Positions 44,101 to 53,013 of a stretch of 64,000 nucleotides of DNA are shown piece after piece. Source of the DNA: Prasinococcaceae sp. CCMP 1430. Lineage: Eukaryota; Plantae; Prasinodermophyta. The notes under the pieces are model-generated. The model saw only the letters and a list, made by a program, of their open reading frames with translations, did no database searches and had not been told where the DNA came from. How positions within the stretch are numbered: the stretch's first letter is position 1; each line of letters begins with the position of its first letter. The stretch lies in assembly GCA_013416795.1 (NCBI GenBank), contig RQSC01000025.1:62001-126000 (forward strand), read 5' to 3'. A program made the translations under genes and the position numbers.

Positions 44101-46083
44101 GATGCCCTCGGGGGGCATCTGCCCCCGCGCGAGGAAGGCTGCGCACTCGGTGTGGCGCGCCGAGGAGTCATTGAGCGACCGATAGAGCCCGCCACAGGCC
44201 ACTGCGAGGTGATACGGCGGTTGGCCCTCGGTGATTCGCATGGCGATGCGCTCGTCTAGCCAGCCCGTGTGGATGTCGTTGCTCGCGAATTCGGCGGTCT
44301 GCATGAGCTCGCTCACGTAGCTGGTGATGGTGTGTATTTCGCCGCGAACCACGAGCGACTGCAGCGCTAGCACGAGCGATGAAATGGCCGTCTGCCGGTC
44401 GGCGCCGAAGCCAAAGATGTGCCCGAATTGCGAGTCGCTGTACTCGTGGATGTGGCCGTCCGTCTTGATGCTAAAGTACCCCCACGCGGAGGGCGTTGAA
44501 CGAAACATGAGCTCCGAAACCGCTCCTGTGGTCGGCTTGAAGCCGTCGTTCGGATCTTCACTCGTCACGCGAGCCGCGATGACGTGCCCACGTGGCGGTG
44601 CGGGCTCCGTGGCGTCGAAGTCGATGGGTGCGACGTCATCCCCAGCCGTCGCGCGACCACGCGCGCCGTAGAGCGCGCGAATGTCGTCCAGCGCCCAAAG
44701 CGGAGCGCCCATGGCGATGCACAGCTGCGCAGCTGGAATGTTGCACGACGTGATCCACTCCGTCGTTGGGTGCTCCACCTGCAGGCGCGGGTTGAGCTCG
44801 AGGAAGAAGAAGGCGTCGTCCTCGGGTATGTACAGAAACTCGGCGGTGGCAGCTCCTACGTACCCGACTGCTGCGGCGAGCGATCGGGCGGCCTGCTCCA
44901 TCGCGCGGCGCGTGCCAGGGGGCACAGCCGAGGCGGGCGCCTCCTCGATCACCTTCTGGTGGCGGCGCTGCACGGTGCAGTCTCGCCCGTGCAGCGCGGC
45001 CACGTTGCCGTGGCTGTCGCACAGCAGCTGCACTTCGACGTGGCGGCACACGGGCGCGCAGCGCATGAGAAACACTGGGCTGCCCGGCACCTCAGCCGTC
45101 ACCTGCGGGAATACCGCGCGGGCCTCCTCGGCGCTCTCCACGCGGCGGATGCCGCGCCCCCCGCCGCCAGCGCTGGCCTTGATCATGAGGGGGAAGCCCA
45201 CCGAGACGGCCCTCGCGGCCGCCTCGTCGGCGCTGGCGACGCACGCCGCCTCGTATGCTTCCTCGGGGATCTCCAGGCGCCGACACTGCTCGTAGGAGCA
45301 CTCGACGTGCGAACCAGACCACGGGAGGGTGGGCACGCCCGCGGCCTGCGCGAGGATCTGGGAGGCCACCTTGTCGCCGAGGGCGGCCATCGCGTGCGCG
45401 GGCGGGCCCAGAAAGGCGACCCCGATGGCATCCAGCGCACGCGGGAGTTCGGGATTTTCTGAGGCGTGTCCCCAGCCGGGCCAGACGGCGTCGCAGCCGG
45501 CGCTGGCCGCGACGTCGGCGATGAGCGCCGGATTGCCGTAGTTGTTGGCGCTCGTGCCGCCGGGCACCTCGACGAAGTGGTCCGCCATGCGGATGTACTC
45601 CTGATTGGAGGCCAGATCCTCGGGTGTGGCCATCGCCACGATGCTCAGGGCGGGCTCGGCGGCGCTCGTCGCCGCGGCCGCGCTCGCGTACGACAGCGTG
45701 GCGCCGGCAGGGCCCGCAGCAGCGGCGGCGGGGGCCGCCACATCGCCGGCGCCGCCCGCGCGCTGCGCGAATGCCCACTGTCTCACGGACCTGATGAATT
45801 TGCACGCCGCCATGCCATTGTTGGCGACGAGCACGCGCCGCAGCGCGCGCGTCGCACGCAGGCGCGACGCCAGCGCCGGCGGCCCGCCTCCTACCCGCTG
45901 GGGGGCGCCGCTGGTGACGACGTCGACCTCGTCGCCGCCTCCGCCCGTCCGCCCCTCGGCCTCACTGATGAAGAAGCTGTCGTTGCTCATCGCCGAGCCG
46001 CCGGAGCCGCCCGAGCCGCCCGAGCCGCCCGAGCCGCCGGAGCCGCCGGAGCCGCTGTCGCTCACCGGGCTATCCAGCCCCAT
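38200..46083 (-). CDS. ACC1: Homomeric (eukaryotic-type) acetyl-CoA carboxylase, single 2627-aa ORF
   Basis: BC domain (VLVANNG, VWPGWGHASENP, MIKASAGGGGRGIR, FLELNPRLQVEH), biotin motif EVEVMKM and CT domain (ANDVT, SNSGARMG, GIGAYLARLG, WYPDSA, WRGFSGG, ELRGGAWVV, LEPEG). Confidence 0.93.
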   Translation of the reverse strand: MGLDSPVSDSGSGGSGGSGGSGGSGGSGGSAMSNDSFFISEAEGRTGGGGDEVDVVTSGAPQRVGGGPPALASRLRATRALRRVLVANNGMAACKFIRSVRQWAFAQRAGGAGDVAAPAAAAAGPAGATLSYASAAAATSAAEPALSIVAMATPEDLASNQEYIRMADHFVEVPGGTSANNYGNPALIADVAASAGCDAVWPGWGHASENPELPRALDAIGVAFLGPPAHAMAALGDKVASQILAQAAGVPTLPWSGSHVECSYEQCRRLEIPEEAYEAACVASADEAAARAVSVGFPLMIKASAGGGGRGIRRVESAEEARAVFPQVTAEVPGSPVFLMRCAPVCRHVEVQLLCDSHGNVAALHGRDCTVQRRHQKVIEEAPASAVPPGTRRAMEQAARSLAAAVGYVGAATAEFLYIPEDDAFFFLELNPRLQVEHPTTEWITSCNIPAAQLCIAMGAPLWALDDIRALYGARGRATAGDDVAPIDFDATEPAPPRGHVIAARVTSEDPNDGFKPTTGAVSELMFRSTPSAWGYFSIKTDGHIHEYSDSQFGHIFGFGADRQTAISSLVLALQSLVVRGEIHTITSYVSELMQTAEFASNDIHTGWLDERIAMRITEGQPPYHLAVACGGLYRSLNDSSARHTECAAFLARGQMPPEGISLTVYEHEMVIGGFRVSMRVSQNGPERWTISLVPGTGDASSTGALPTSPTAAAAAAAGKLDASPLHLAPSVSTQTSDERQQVHVDAHRLRDGGLLVRLDDASHVVYAQEEPAGTRLIIDGRRCLLANEKDPSVFVAPSNGRLVRCLAADGEEVVEGTPFAEVEVMKMCMPLLTSASGVISWKASEGQSISAGDELARVAANGESGTSGGRGTPRFRGGFKGSTGASTTSTNAHRRFVDAHEAARWLVDGFAPANDSPTTTAQDLVEAMDDAWLPLLAFRDVLGKHGARLPSKVREHLTRAVDTFERNLVQSDAAITGEYERALGGSSSAPELPAAQLLAWVEERTDGSDPNSRSICECLRRFEGGRAGHAHRVIAELVGRFLCIQDAFAGGAPSEGSVRAKIGPWDSSIADIVGAARAHAASEESAAMLHVLLSSVVLPNPARHVSELRRLSSMMSHSPQCAALSSLARSILERGALAELRSVCARALSDLQLVKETSGTMHSRQSAEALARLAQGATPAGAQLLDDARDGTTGLLSLLARDAPIEEALPALFNHASPSLRSRAMKAYVARIYGPLLASDVGVLGGDFDSAAWEFNVGFALPGVRYLPSGAPRSAAGAAPAHAASAPSVTQTGMMLVIRTWDSLPRAASDLAVRAASIGASVSAVRAARASTCGANGVSVLHVSLDALMLLEQTRRRSGAGGRGHVRQRSWGSASDSFDGPNDNSARETLEVVMEGLRPALVAASASLRAAGVELVTVLASRGTSAPARHSFRWRAVGGTGYFDEVIELKGLEAAEADLMETCRVLHLTQPLAHAELATSTIATTGTGGGGSRPSPCARADGSTMRHRAGAAFSLVEGAGRRPFRRMFAQCVMRAPPPLCEAHSSVLPGLSQRVSDTVAATMPELMASRSAEWAHCFAVWTSPACVESSHASTVSTTSSGLGADHSLGERIARVLANTFAPLADATSDEGAALEAQGIREWEVRISVKAKAGEPSAQSSSFDAASWWRVIGEAPWGGRTGRITGVYREELDGNRPREGGLRLASGALLRRMVVDTNAGLTAAASAGPAEDTPILTAGDACDLLPALRAHEALSPIAQRRLTAARHDTVWIYDLPEALRLALQQVWRGQGRQPDRSCVAGEAGMKTGGECEDGAPLLSSVLLEINPRSDGLRLAPPSTPREVEGQLAMAAWRLVLRTPSCPSGRPCYLLANDVTVASGSFGPQEDELFARVARAASLEGVPLLYHASNSGARMGLARDVQARFKVAWVDDAQPTLGIDYLYLSETDMRELGGEAAAPVRTERREVAAPASSADAIEVRHVLHAVIGSEDGLGVESLMGSAKAATAFSRAYDETFTLTYVSGLSVGIGAYLARLGRRVIQRQDASIILTGAAALNKLLGRDVYANHHQLGGPRIHAHNGLSHMVVEDDKQGFRAMLQWLEHVPAFLTRSADPAQRSADGSCSLRAIAFDASTASTSDPRPYSPGAAVPDLVLGTAGVSPPLPIVRHTPEASAGPTSYAKDELSNTMRHLDAALARAHRAGGDHTTVDGAASGTQAATAATVHAYDALLRPPPCASDILKNTGGAAAGSSPPEPHELIPAVVDDGSFVELMESWAQTVVVGRATLGGIPVGVIATQVTAVTKVVPGDPGLSDSATDVDELQAGQVWYPDSAAKTAQALEDMAREALPVVVFACWRGFSGGRRDLYEGILQHGSGIVEALRTYEHPVTVYIPPSGELRGGAWVVIDTNINPDKIEVYADPSARGSILEPEGLIEIKLSGNRLDKAAQRFDTTLAAATRDAAQLSAAGDAVGAARASQKALARMTAAAPAYRAAAARFAALHDVPERMMAKGAIRDIVPLQHARAQLGMRLRRRVLVDALMRALRRSDPDLTPEAIVDTLRAAFLDDYLADEEGTYEALASRAWENDSEVARWAMSERAHATVDAACMRLRRARARRMHAAWEAELRALGD

Positions 46084-46441
46084 CCTTACTCGCTACGGCC
46101 TCGCGATGGCTCGCAAGCCGCCCGCCCGCCGCCACGCGGCCCCGGTCGCCGCGGGCGGTTCCCTGCTCGGAGTCCACTAACAGCCGGGCCGCGCTGCGCG
46201 CGCCAAACAGCCGTCGGCGGCCCGCGGGCAAACAGTCGGCGGCCTGTGGCTCCCACCCTCCGCTCGCTCCGCAACGCGGGCGCGCCGGCCGCGCGCAGGC
46301 GCGATCGAATGTCGCCGCGCGAAAAATGGACGGCCGCGGTCGCCCGGCCGGCGGCCGCATCGAAACGCAAGGGAAGCTTTTTTTCTTTTTCCCCCTTTTC
46401 ATAAAAATCCAAGTCCTCCTCGGTGGTGGTGGCTGAGGACC

Positions 46442-46677
46442 TACCGTCAGATGGTACCGTACCATCACGATACCATGATGGTACATGTCGCTCAAACTCA
46501 AGCAACGTCACGTCTTCTTTGTTGGGGCCTCGATGCCGCCCGATGGCGATGGTCAGTCAACCCCAGCCCATCGGAGGCATACAGTACCATCATCGTACCA
46601 TCATGATGGTACAGTACCATCATGACGGTACGATCAGTGGTACCATCAGATGGTATGCGCCTGGGTGCCAGATGGCA
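46442..46677. repeat. Cluster A of palindromic TACCATC(W)GATGGTA units
   Basis: taccgtcagatggta 46442-46456; GTACCATCATGATGGTAC 46595-46612 (perfect palindrome); GTACCATCATGACGGTAC 46614-46631; TACCATCAGATGGTA 46641-46655; plus half-sites. Confidence 0.8.
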
Positions 46678-47221
46678 GCGCCTCGCACCTCGGTCCTTTC
46701 GGGGCATGCGTTGCTGGCGAGGCTCGTGAGGAATTGCAATTGTTCGCGCGCGCGCTATACGCGGCGCCATATTGCGGCTGCGGGGCGCTCGCCGGGGGCT
46801 GCGGCCCCCCTGCAAGAGGGGGGGGGCAAGGGGGGGGAGGGCAGCATACAGGCTGCCGGGCGGTTCGGCCGCAGGGACGGGCGCGGCGAGCCTGCGCGGC
46901 CAGGGACGCGGCGGAGATGTCGGACGAGTCCGACGCGGACGTGGCCGCGGCCGCGGCGCTCGCCGTCGCGCGCTGTGCGCGGCCCTTTTTTTTCCGGCGC
47001 GGCGCCTCGGAGAGCGCGGAGGTCAATTGTGAGAGGGCAGGGGCGGGCCGGGCGGCGAGCAGGGGTAGGGTGAGAGGGGGTGCCCAGGCGAGGCGCAGGC
47101 GGCGGGTGCGCGGCCGCCCGCCCGGCGGCGCTCGGCACGGGCGCTCCCCACGGAGGGTGCCGACGCGCACACAATTTATACAGAAGTCAGGAGAGCTGAT
47201 CCCTCGCGCGGGGCCTCTGCC

Positions 47222-50200
47222 ATGCCGTGGCGGCGGCGACGCGGCGCGGGTAGCGACGCGGCTCGGGGAGGGAGGGCGACAGGCACGACGCTGGCGCGCT
47301 GTGCGGTCGCTGCCGCAGCCGTGGCGGCGGCCGAGCGTGCGTTGGCCGCTGCTGCAGACAAAGCACCCGCTGCCTCGCATCGGCATGATAAGGCGGCGCC
47401 CGACGATGCGGCGGCGCAAGCGATTTTTTTCCCCCTCTCCGTGAACGCGTCGGAGTTGACCACGGGCATCGGCAGCGAGGAGTCTGAGGAACACGCCAAT
47501 CTCGCGGCGAATATCACGCTCTCCGCACCGCTGGTCACCGCAGTAATCGACGCGCCCGCTGCGACCTCGCCCCTGGACTCGCCTGGCGACTTTGAGCTCG
47601 TGACACGTGCACCGCAGGCTTCGCAGCCGTCGGCGGCCTTCCATCCAGCGTCTGGCACGGTGGAAGAGATGGCGGCGCGCAGGACGATCGTGGTGTTCCA
47701 GTCGGACATCGTCAGCGATGAGGACCTAGGGAGCTTATGCACCGGTCGACTTCCAGACACATGGGAAGACAGAGTGCTGGAAGAGCCACCTGCCGAGGGC
47801 GTCTCGAGGCAATGCAGCGAGGCGCTGCCCGAGATCGTGCGGCGAAAGCCGGAGCGGGTGGCGTGCGACGAGGCGGCGTGCTGCAGACGCACCTTCGACC
47901 CACTGCTGCTGCTGGGTGTGACGATCGAGGGACCTGCGCCAGCGGTGGATGCGTGGCTTTTCTGCAGCGGGGAGTACGTACTCTTTACGGAACCGGATGC
48001 CGTGGTATTAGGGCCGTCGCTCGGACGCCCACCAATGAGCGACCCAAGCGGGGGTGCGGACGGGGGCGGCAATGTCAGCAGCGGGAGCGGGCCTGACAGC
48101 ACTGATGCGAATGATGGTCCGACAGTTGCGAATACGGAAGAGCCCGAGGCCGAGCCCGCGCCCGAGCCCGAGCTCGAGCCCGAGCCCGAGCCCGCGCCTG
48201 AGCCCGAGTCGACCCTCATGTTTTCTCCTCCGTCGCCCTCATTTGCACCCACACCTACACCAGCGGGGTCACCCATGCTCGTGCCCGAGCCCGAGCCCGT
48301 CTCCGTCCCCGAGCCCGAGCCCGAGCCTGTCTCCATCCCCGAGCCCGAGCCCATCCCCGCCGCTTTGCCCGAGCCTCCGCCCGTGCCCGTCCCCGAGGCC
48401 CCGCCCGCGCCCTTGACAGAGCCTCCGCCAGCGCCCGGGCACGCGGTCGAGCAAAAGGCCGAGGAGGAGCCCGAGATCCAAGACAAAGACGCCGCAACCG
48501 ATGACGCGGGAGCTCCAGACGAGAATGCACTGAGCGAGGACACACACTTGGGACGCCGAGCGCTGCTGACGCACACCCATGACTCCCCCAGCCTCGAGGC
48601 ACAGGCCGGCGATGCCGTCGACAACCTGCTCGCGTCGCCCACCTGCCAGGACCCGTCCACGACCTCGTGGGCGCTGGATAGGATGGACCAGCGGCGGCGG
48701 CCTGACCTGCAAGCTCCCGCGAGGTATCGTGGGCTCGGCTGCGAGAGCGAGAGCGCGGCACCGAGCGGCGGCGGCGGCGGACCCGAGCTGCAGAACGCGA
48801 CTGGCTTGGGGGTGTTCATCTATGTCATCGACACCGGCGTGGACGCGCTTCATGCGGAGTTCCGCACGCAAGACGACAGGACGCGCACGGTCAAGGGCTA
48901 CGACTACGTCGACGACATCGCCTCGGTGGTGGATTACGACGGGCACGGCACGGCGGTGGCTGCACTTGCCGCGGGCTCGACCACAGGCACGGCGCCGCGG
49001 GCAACGATCGTGCCGCTGCGCGCGCTGTCGAGGGGCACTGGGCTGAGTTCGCACCTCATATTGGCGCTCCAAATGGTCGCGACAGAGCATCACTTTCGGC
49101 CAGAGAATCCTTCGCTGGTGGTCATGTCGTTCACGACCCCAGCGAGCAACTCGCTCGCTCTGGCCAAAGCGATTGAGCGCGTCGTGGCGCTTGGGGTGAC
49201 CATCGTCGCGGCGGCGGGGCAGACAATCTTTGGCCCGGGAAGCGATGCGTGCGATGTCACACCCGGTGGGCTGGATTCCGTGATCACAGTGAGCGGCTCG
49301 ACGCCAGGCGATGAGTTCATGAACCACGCGAATATGGGCCCCTGCGTCGACTTGTTTGCGCCGGCGGTGGACGTGCGAACGGCGTGCACGCGAAACTCAG
49401 CCTGCGAGGAGGTGCCGCCGGACGTGCCGGGCCTGAGCTCAGCCGGGTCGAGCGGCGTGGACCTCTCGTCGCAGGTGTTTCGCACGGGGCATTCGATCCC
49501 GTCCGGAGCAAGTGCGAACATGACCACGGGATATGCCTCCGTGACAGGCACGTCGTTCGCCACGCCGCTCGTGGCGGGCGTCGTCGCCAGAGTGCTTTCC
49601 CGCTATCCCTTCGCACAACCGGCGGAGATCAAGGCGTTCCTGAAGCTGCACGCGACGCGCGGGGCCATCCGAAGCGCTCCTCCCCAGATGGGCGCAGGTG
49701 ACAGGAACGTCACCACGAACCTGCTCGTCCATACCTTGCTCGAGAGCGAGAAGCTCGCGGCCATCCCGTCGCTGGTGTCCCAGTGGCGCTGCTTGACGCA
49801 TCCGGAGTGTCACGCCACCCTGTACGGCGAGGACGAAGCGGCAGACGCGACAGGCGACGACTCGCAGGGCGCCGCGCAAGGCCAAGGGGGTGAGAGCGAG
49901 GCCGCCGCGGGCCTCGACGCGAGCGCCATGACGCCCACGAAGGACGAGAAGCCGGAGATGGACTTAATTGGCACCGCGTGGTCCGAAGAGATATCGCCCA
50001 GTGCGTTGCCCACGTTCGCATCGACGCCGCTCGGCACGCGTGTGGCGGTCGAGGGCGGCCTGGTCAGGGACGGAAAGGTGCAGGGCGTCTACGAGCTCGT
50101 CGACGGCCAGGAGGAGGGCGCGGGCTTCCGGCTCTTTCGCTCGAACCGGGCGGACCAGCGCAGGTATCGGCTGTATTTGTACGCCGCATTCGTGGCGTCC

Positions 50201-51802
50201 ATGCCGGCGTGTTCGCCTGAATCCCTACAGGTGTGCCTCGTGATCGACCATGACACCGACCCCACCAACGGCGTCATCGCCGTCAACCCGGACGCGATAC
50301 CCTCCCCCACGTCGAAGAGCAAGGCCGACGGGAGTCGTATGGCTCTCAGCGATGGCGACTCGCTGGGCGCGATCGCCGCGGCGGCCGCGTCCATCGATGT
50401 GGGTAACTCGCGCGCCGTGTGTCCGTTGTCGTGGTACAGCCTGAGCGCATCGAAGGACGTCGTCGTGCCCGGCGCCCCACCCCGATGGGTGCAAGACCCC
50501 ATCTTCATCACGCACGCAAACGCGCCGTGCGACACGGCGCTGACGGTGCGTGCACTCGGCAACGATGGCAACGCGTCGACGGGCACGGCGGAGGTGGATG
50601 CGCTCCACGGCGTGGCGCTCAACTCGCTGTACCACCCGGGCGCCGCACAGCAGCACGGCGGCGGTGCCGGGAGTCACGACGGCGTCATGACGGGGGAAGG
50701 CAATGCGAGCGAGACGACCGCCGGAGGGCAGCTCGCGTTCACTGCCAGTTCCGAGCTGTCCGCGTTTCGGGAGAGCGCAGCAGCCTCGAACGACGAGCGC
50801 GCGACCTACGTGCTGCGATACGTCAGCGGAAGCGATGCCGGCTCGGGCATCGGCGAGGTCGGCGAAGAGTGCCAGGCGGCCGGGGGTTGCTTGACCATCC
50901 TCTCCGCTGCCGAGAGTGAAGAGGGCGAACCCGCCGGGCATCACAAGCTGGGCACGGCGGCCCCCAGCGTGACCCTCCTCGCGTACTTGCCAGCGGCAGA
51001 GGACAGCGATGGTGCACGGAGCGCTCTGCGGGCAGCGTCGGCGTCAGTCTTTGGGGCTGAGTGGAAGGTCTTGACGGGATCCCCTCAACAAGGGCGCCCT
51101 CAGTCAATCGCGCACGCCGGACAGAACGGCACCGACCTCGACGGGTCGGCGGCAGGGCACGGCGGGGAGGTAGAAGACTCTCACGACGCCGGACCGCACT
51201 ATTCCCCTCGGCGCCTCGAGACGAAATGCTGGCCGGACAGGAGGACGCCGTGCACCGCCCTGCGCGTGGAGGGCTCGGGCGTGTTCGGGGGTCGCTTCAA
51301 TGGACTGTACGTGCTGCACGGCTTCTTTAGCGGCGGTGGGGACGGCGGCGGCGGCGGCCTCATGGCCAATGGCTCCCTTCCGAAGGGCAACAAGACCGAG
51401 ACCAGCTCGGCGTCCACGATGCTCGTCGTGCGCAGCACGCCCGATATGCTGCCGGACGACTGCGCCGCAAACGACTGCGCGCACCGCCATGGGCCGGTGT
51501 TCAAAGCGATCAATCAGACCACGGGCGATCCTCGGGCGTACCTGTACGCCTCGGGCCGCTGGTTTGGTCGCTGGGTGATAGACGAGGACGCCGACGAGTC
51601 CAATGGCGTGTGGGGGGTGGGCTACGGCACCACGCCGAACTCGACTATCGCGGACAGGCGCTATGCATTCAGCGCGGCGCTTGGGGCGGTCTTCGCGCGC
51701 GACAACGCCAAGCCGACGACCTGGGCGATGCGCACCCAAGAGCGCGAGCACGCGGGCGAGCCGTGGGAGCTCGAGCAGCTCGAGGTGCGCTGCGAGGGGT
51801 GA
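47222..51802 (+). CDS. Large subtilisin-like (S8, proteinase K-type) serine protease with PE-repeat linker and long C-terminal extension
   Basis: Catalytic triad VFIYVIDTG (D), DGHGTAVA (H), TGTSFATPLVAG (S), plus VAAAG, SNxGPCVD-like NMGPCVDLFAP, and (PE)n repeats at about 48140-48400. The start is uncertain. Confidence 0.8.
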   Translation: MPWRRRRGAGSDAARGGRATGTTLARCAVAAAAVAAAERALAAAADKAPAASHRHDKAAPDDAAAQAIFFPLSVNASELTTGIGSEESEEHANLAANITLSAPLVTAVIDAPAATSPLDSPGDFELVTRAPQASQPSAAFHPASGTVEEMAARRTIVVFQSDIVSDEDLGSLCTGRLPDTWEDRVLEEPPAEGVSRQCSEALPEIVRRKPERVACDEAACCRRTFDPLLLLGVTIEGPAPAVDAWLFCSGEYVLFTEPDAVVLGPSLGRPPMSDPSGGADGGGNVSSGSGPDSTDANDGPTVANTEEPEAEPAPEPELEPEPEPAPEPESTLMFSPPSPSFAPTPTPAGSPMLVPEPEPVSVPEPEPEPVSIPEPEPIPAALPEPPPVPVPEAPPAPLTEPPPAPGHAVEQKAEEEPEIQDKDAATDDAGAPDENALSEDTHLGRRALLTHTHDSPSLEAQAGDAVDNLLASPTCQDPSTTSWALDRMDQRRRPDLQAPARYRGLGCESESAAPSGGGGGPELQNATGLGVFIYVIDTGVDALHAEFRTQDDRTRTVKGYDYVDDIASVVDYDGHGTAVAALAAGSTTGTAPRATIVPLRALSRGTGLSSHLILALQMVATEHHFRPENPSLVVMSFTTPASNSLALAKAIERVVALGVTIVAAAGQTIFGPGSDACDVTPGGLDSVITVSGSTPGDEFMNHANMGPCVDLFAPAVDVRTACTRNSACEEVPPDVPGLSSAGSSGVDLSSQVFRTGHSIPSGASANMTTGYASVTGTSFATPLVAGVVARVLSRYPFAQPAEIKAFLKLHATRGAIRSAPPQMGAGDRNVTTNLLVHTLLESEKLAAIPSLVSQWRCLTHPECHATLYGEDEAADATGDDSQGAAQGQGGESEAAAGLDASAMTPTKDEKPEMDLIGTAWSEEISPSALPTFASTPLGTRVAVEGGLVRDGKVQGVYELVDGQEEGAGFRLFRSNRADQRRYRLYLYAAFVASMPACSPESLQVCLVIDHDTDPTNGVIAVNPDAIPSPTSKSKADGSRMALSDGDSLGAIAAAAASIDVGNSRAVCPLSWYSLSASKDVVVPGAPPRWVQDPIFITHANAPCDTALTVRALGNDGNASTGTAEVDALHGVALNSLYHPGAAQQHGGGAGSHDGVMTGEGNASETTAGGQLAFTASSELSAFRESAAASNDERATYVLRYVSGSDAGSGIGEVGEECQAAGGCLTILSAAESEEGEPAGHHKLGTAAPSVTLLAYLPAAEDSDGARSALRAASASVFGAEWKVLTGSPQQGRPQSIAHAGQNGTDLDGSAAGHGGEVEDSHDAGPHYSPRRLETKCWPDRRTPCTALRVEGSGVFGGRFNGLYVLHGFFSGGGDGGGGGLMANGSLPKGNKTETSSASTMLVVRSTPDMLPDDCAANDCAHRHGPVFKAINQTTGDPRAYLYASGRWFGRWVIDEDADESNGVWGVGYGTTPNSTIADRRYAFSAALGAVFARDNAKPTTWAMRTQEREHAGEPWELEQLEVRCEG

Positions 51803-52200
51803 CGTAAACAACAGAAAATAACACAGACGCGCGCGAAAAAGAGCCTCGCTCGCGTGCGCGCTAATTTTTTTTTGAGGTGGACGGTGCGCGCTCGACGCCG
51901 CGCGCCGCCCACGACCCCCTCTCCATCCCTTGCCGCACGACGGCCGTGGCCTGCGCCGCCGCCGTGCGGGACCCCCGGCGGATTCGCAGCCGCATCGCTC
52001 TCGTTTCTCCCTCGGCTCCACAGCGCCCGCGCGCTTCCGCTGAACGAGGAAGAAGCTTCTTACTGTTTTCAGGCGCCTTCGAAGCGATCGATTCGCGGGA
52101 CATTTAAAAAAAAACACGTGAGAGGGGGTGCGGAGGGGCGCGGCAGCATGGCCATCGCTGGCACACATTGGAGGCGCCGCGCGGCGCCGCCGCGGCGGGC

Positions 52201-52870
52201 ATGGAGGTGTACCTCGCGAGCGACGCCTTCGGCTCCGACCTGCGCGCCGCCGTGAGGGAGCGCCTCGAGGCGCAGGACCGCGTGTGCCGGGTGATCGACC
52301 TGGGGGAGGCCGCGTACTACGACGCGGCCGCGGCGGTGGCGCGCGCGGTGGCGGAGCGGCGGCTGGCGCGCGGCGTGCTCGTGTGCGGCACGGGCGCCGG
52401 CGTGTGCATGGTCGCCAACAAGCACCCGGGCGTGATGGCCGTCCTCGCGCGCGACGCGGACGACGCGGCCGAGGCGAGGAGCATCAGCGGCGCGAACGTG
52501 CTCTGCCTGGGGCAGATGCGCACCTCGCCAGACGTGGCCGGGGCGTGCGTCGACGCCTTCCTGGGCACTGGGGTGGGAGCCCCGTGCCGCGCCAGCGGTG
52601 GGGGCGCCTGGTCAGGTGCGTGTTGCTCGCGCGCGCACGGCGCACCGTCCTCAGAAGAGCTGACCCACGCCCGAGCGCGTCGTCGCCGCGTAAAATGCCG
52701 ATTACAACGCAGCCGAGATCGAAGGCTTCATCGCGCAGAGCACCGGCGGTGCGAGCGGCGCGGAGGCCTTCCGACCCGAGGGGGCCCTGGCGACTTGCTG
52801 CGCGTCGCTCGCGGCGGCCGGCGGCGCGCCCTCTGAGGGCGTGGCAGCGGACGCATCGCGCGACGGCTGA
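52201..52870 (+). CDS. RpiB/LacAB-family sugar-phosphate isomerase, DRT102-like; 2 exons
   Basis: ASDAFG, GVLVCGTGAGVCMVANKHPG, ARSISGANVL and APCRASGGGAW motifs. Intron 52616-52712 restores W-S-A-E-I-E-G-F. Stop at 52870. Confidence 0.8.
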
Positions 52871-53013
52871 GGCGACCACAGTCGACGAGTGAGGCACCAA
52901 CACGAAGTAATAAGCGAGTACACTGTACATGTATATATATATGGTCGCGACGCGTGCGGGCGCGAGCAACCCCCTTTTCACTCCTCTCTGGCTGGCGCGG
53001 CGCCACTGCTACG

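Noticed and set aside
46442-46677. Palindrome clusters as a CRISPR array
   Set aside because: There is no regular repeat-spacer periodicity with unique spacers, no cas genes, and the context is eukaryotic.
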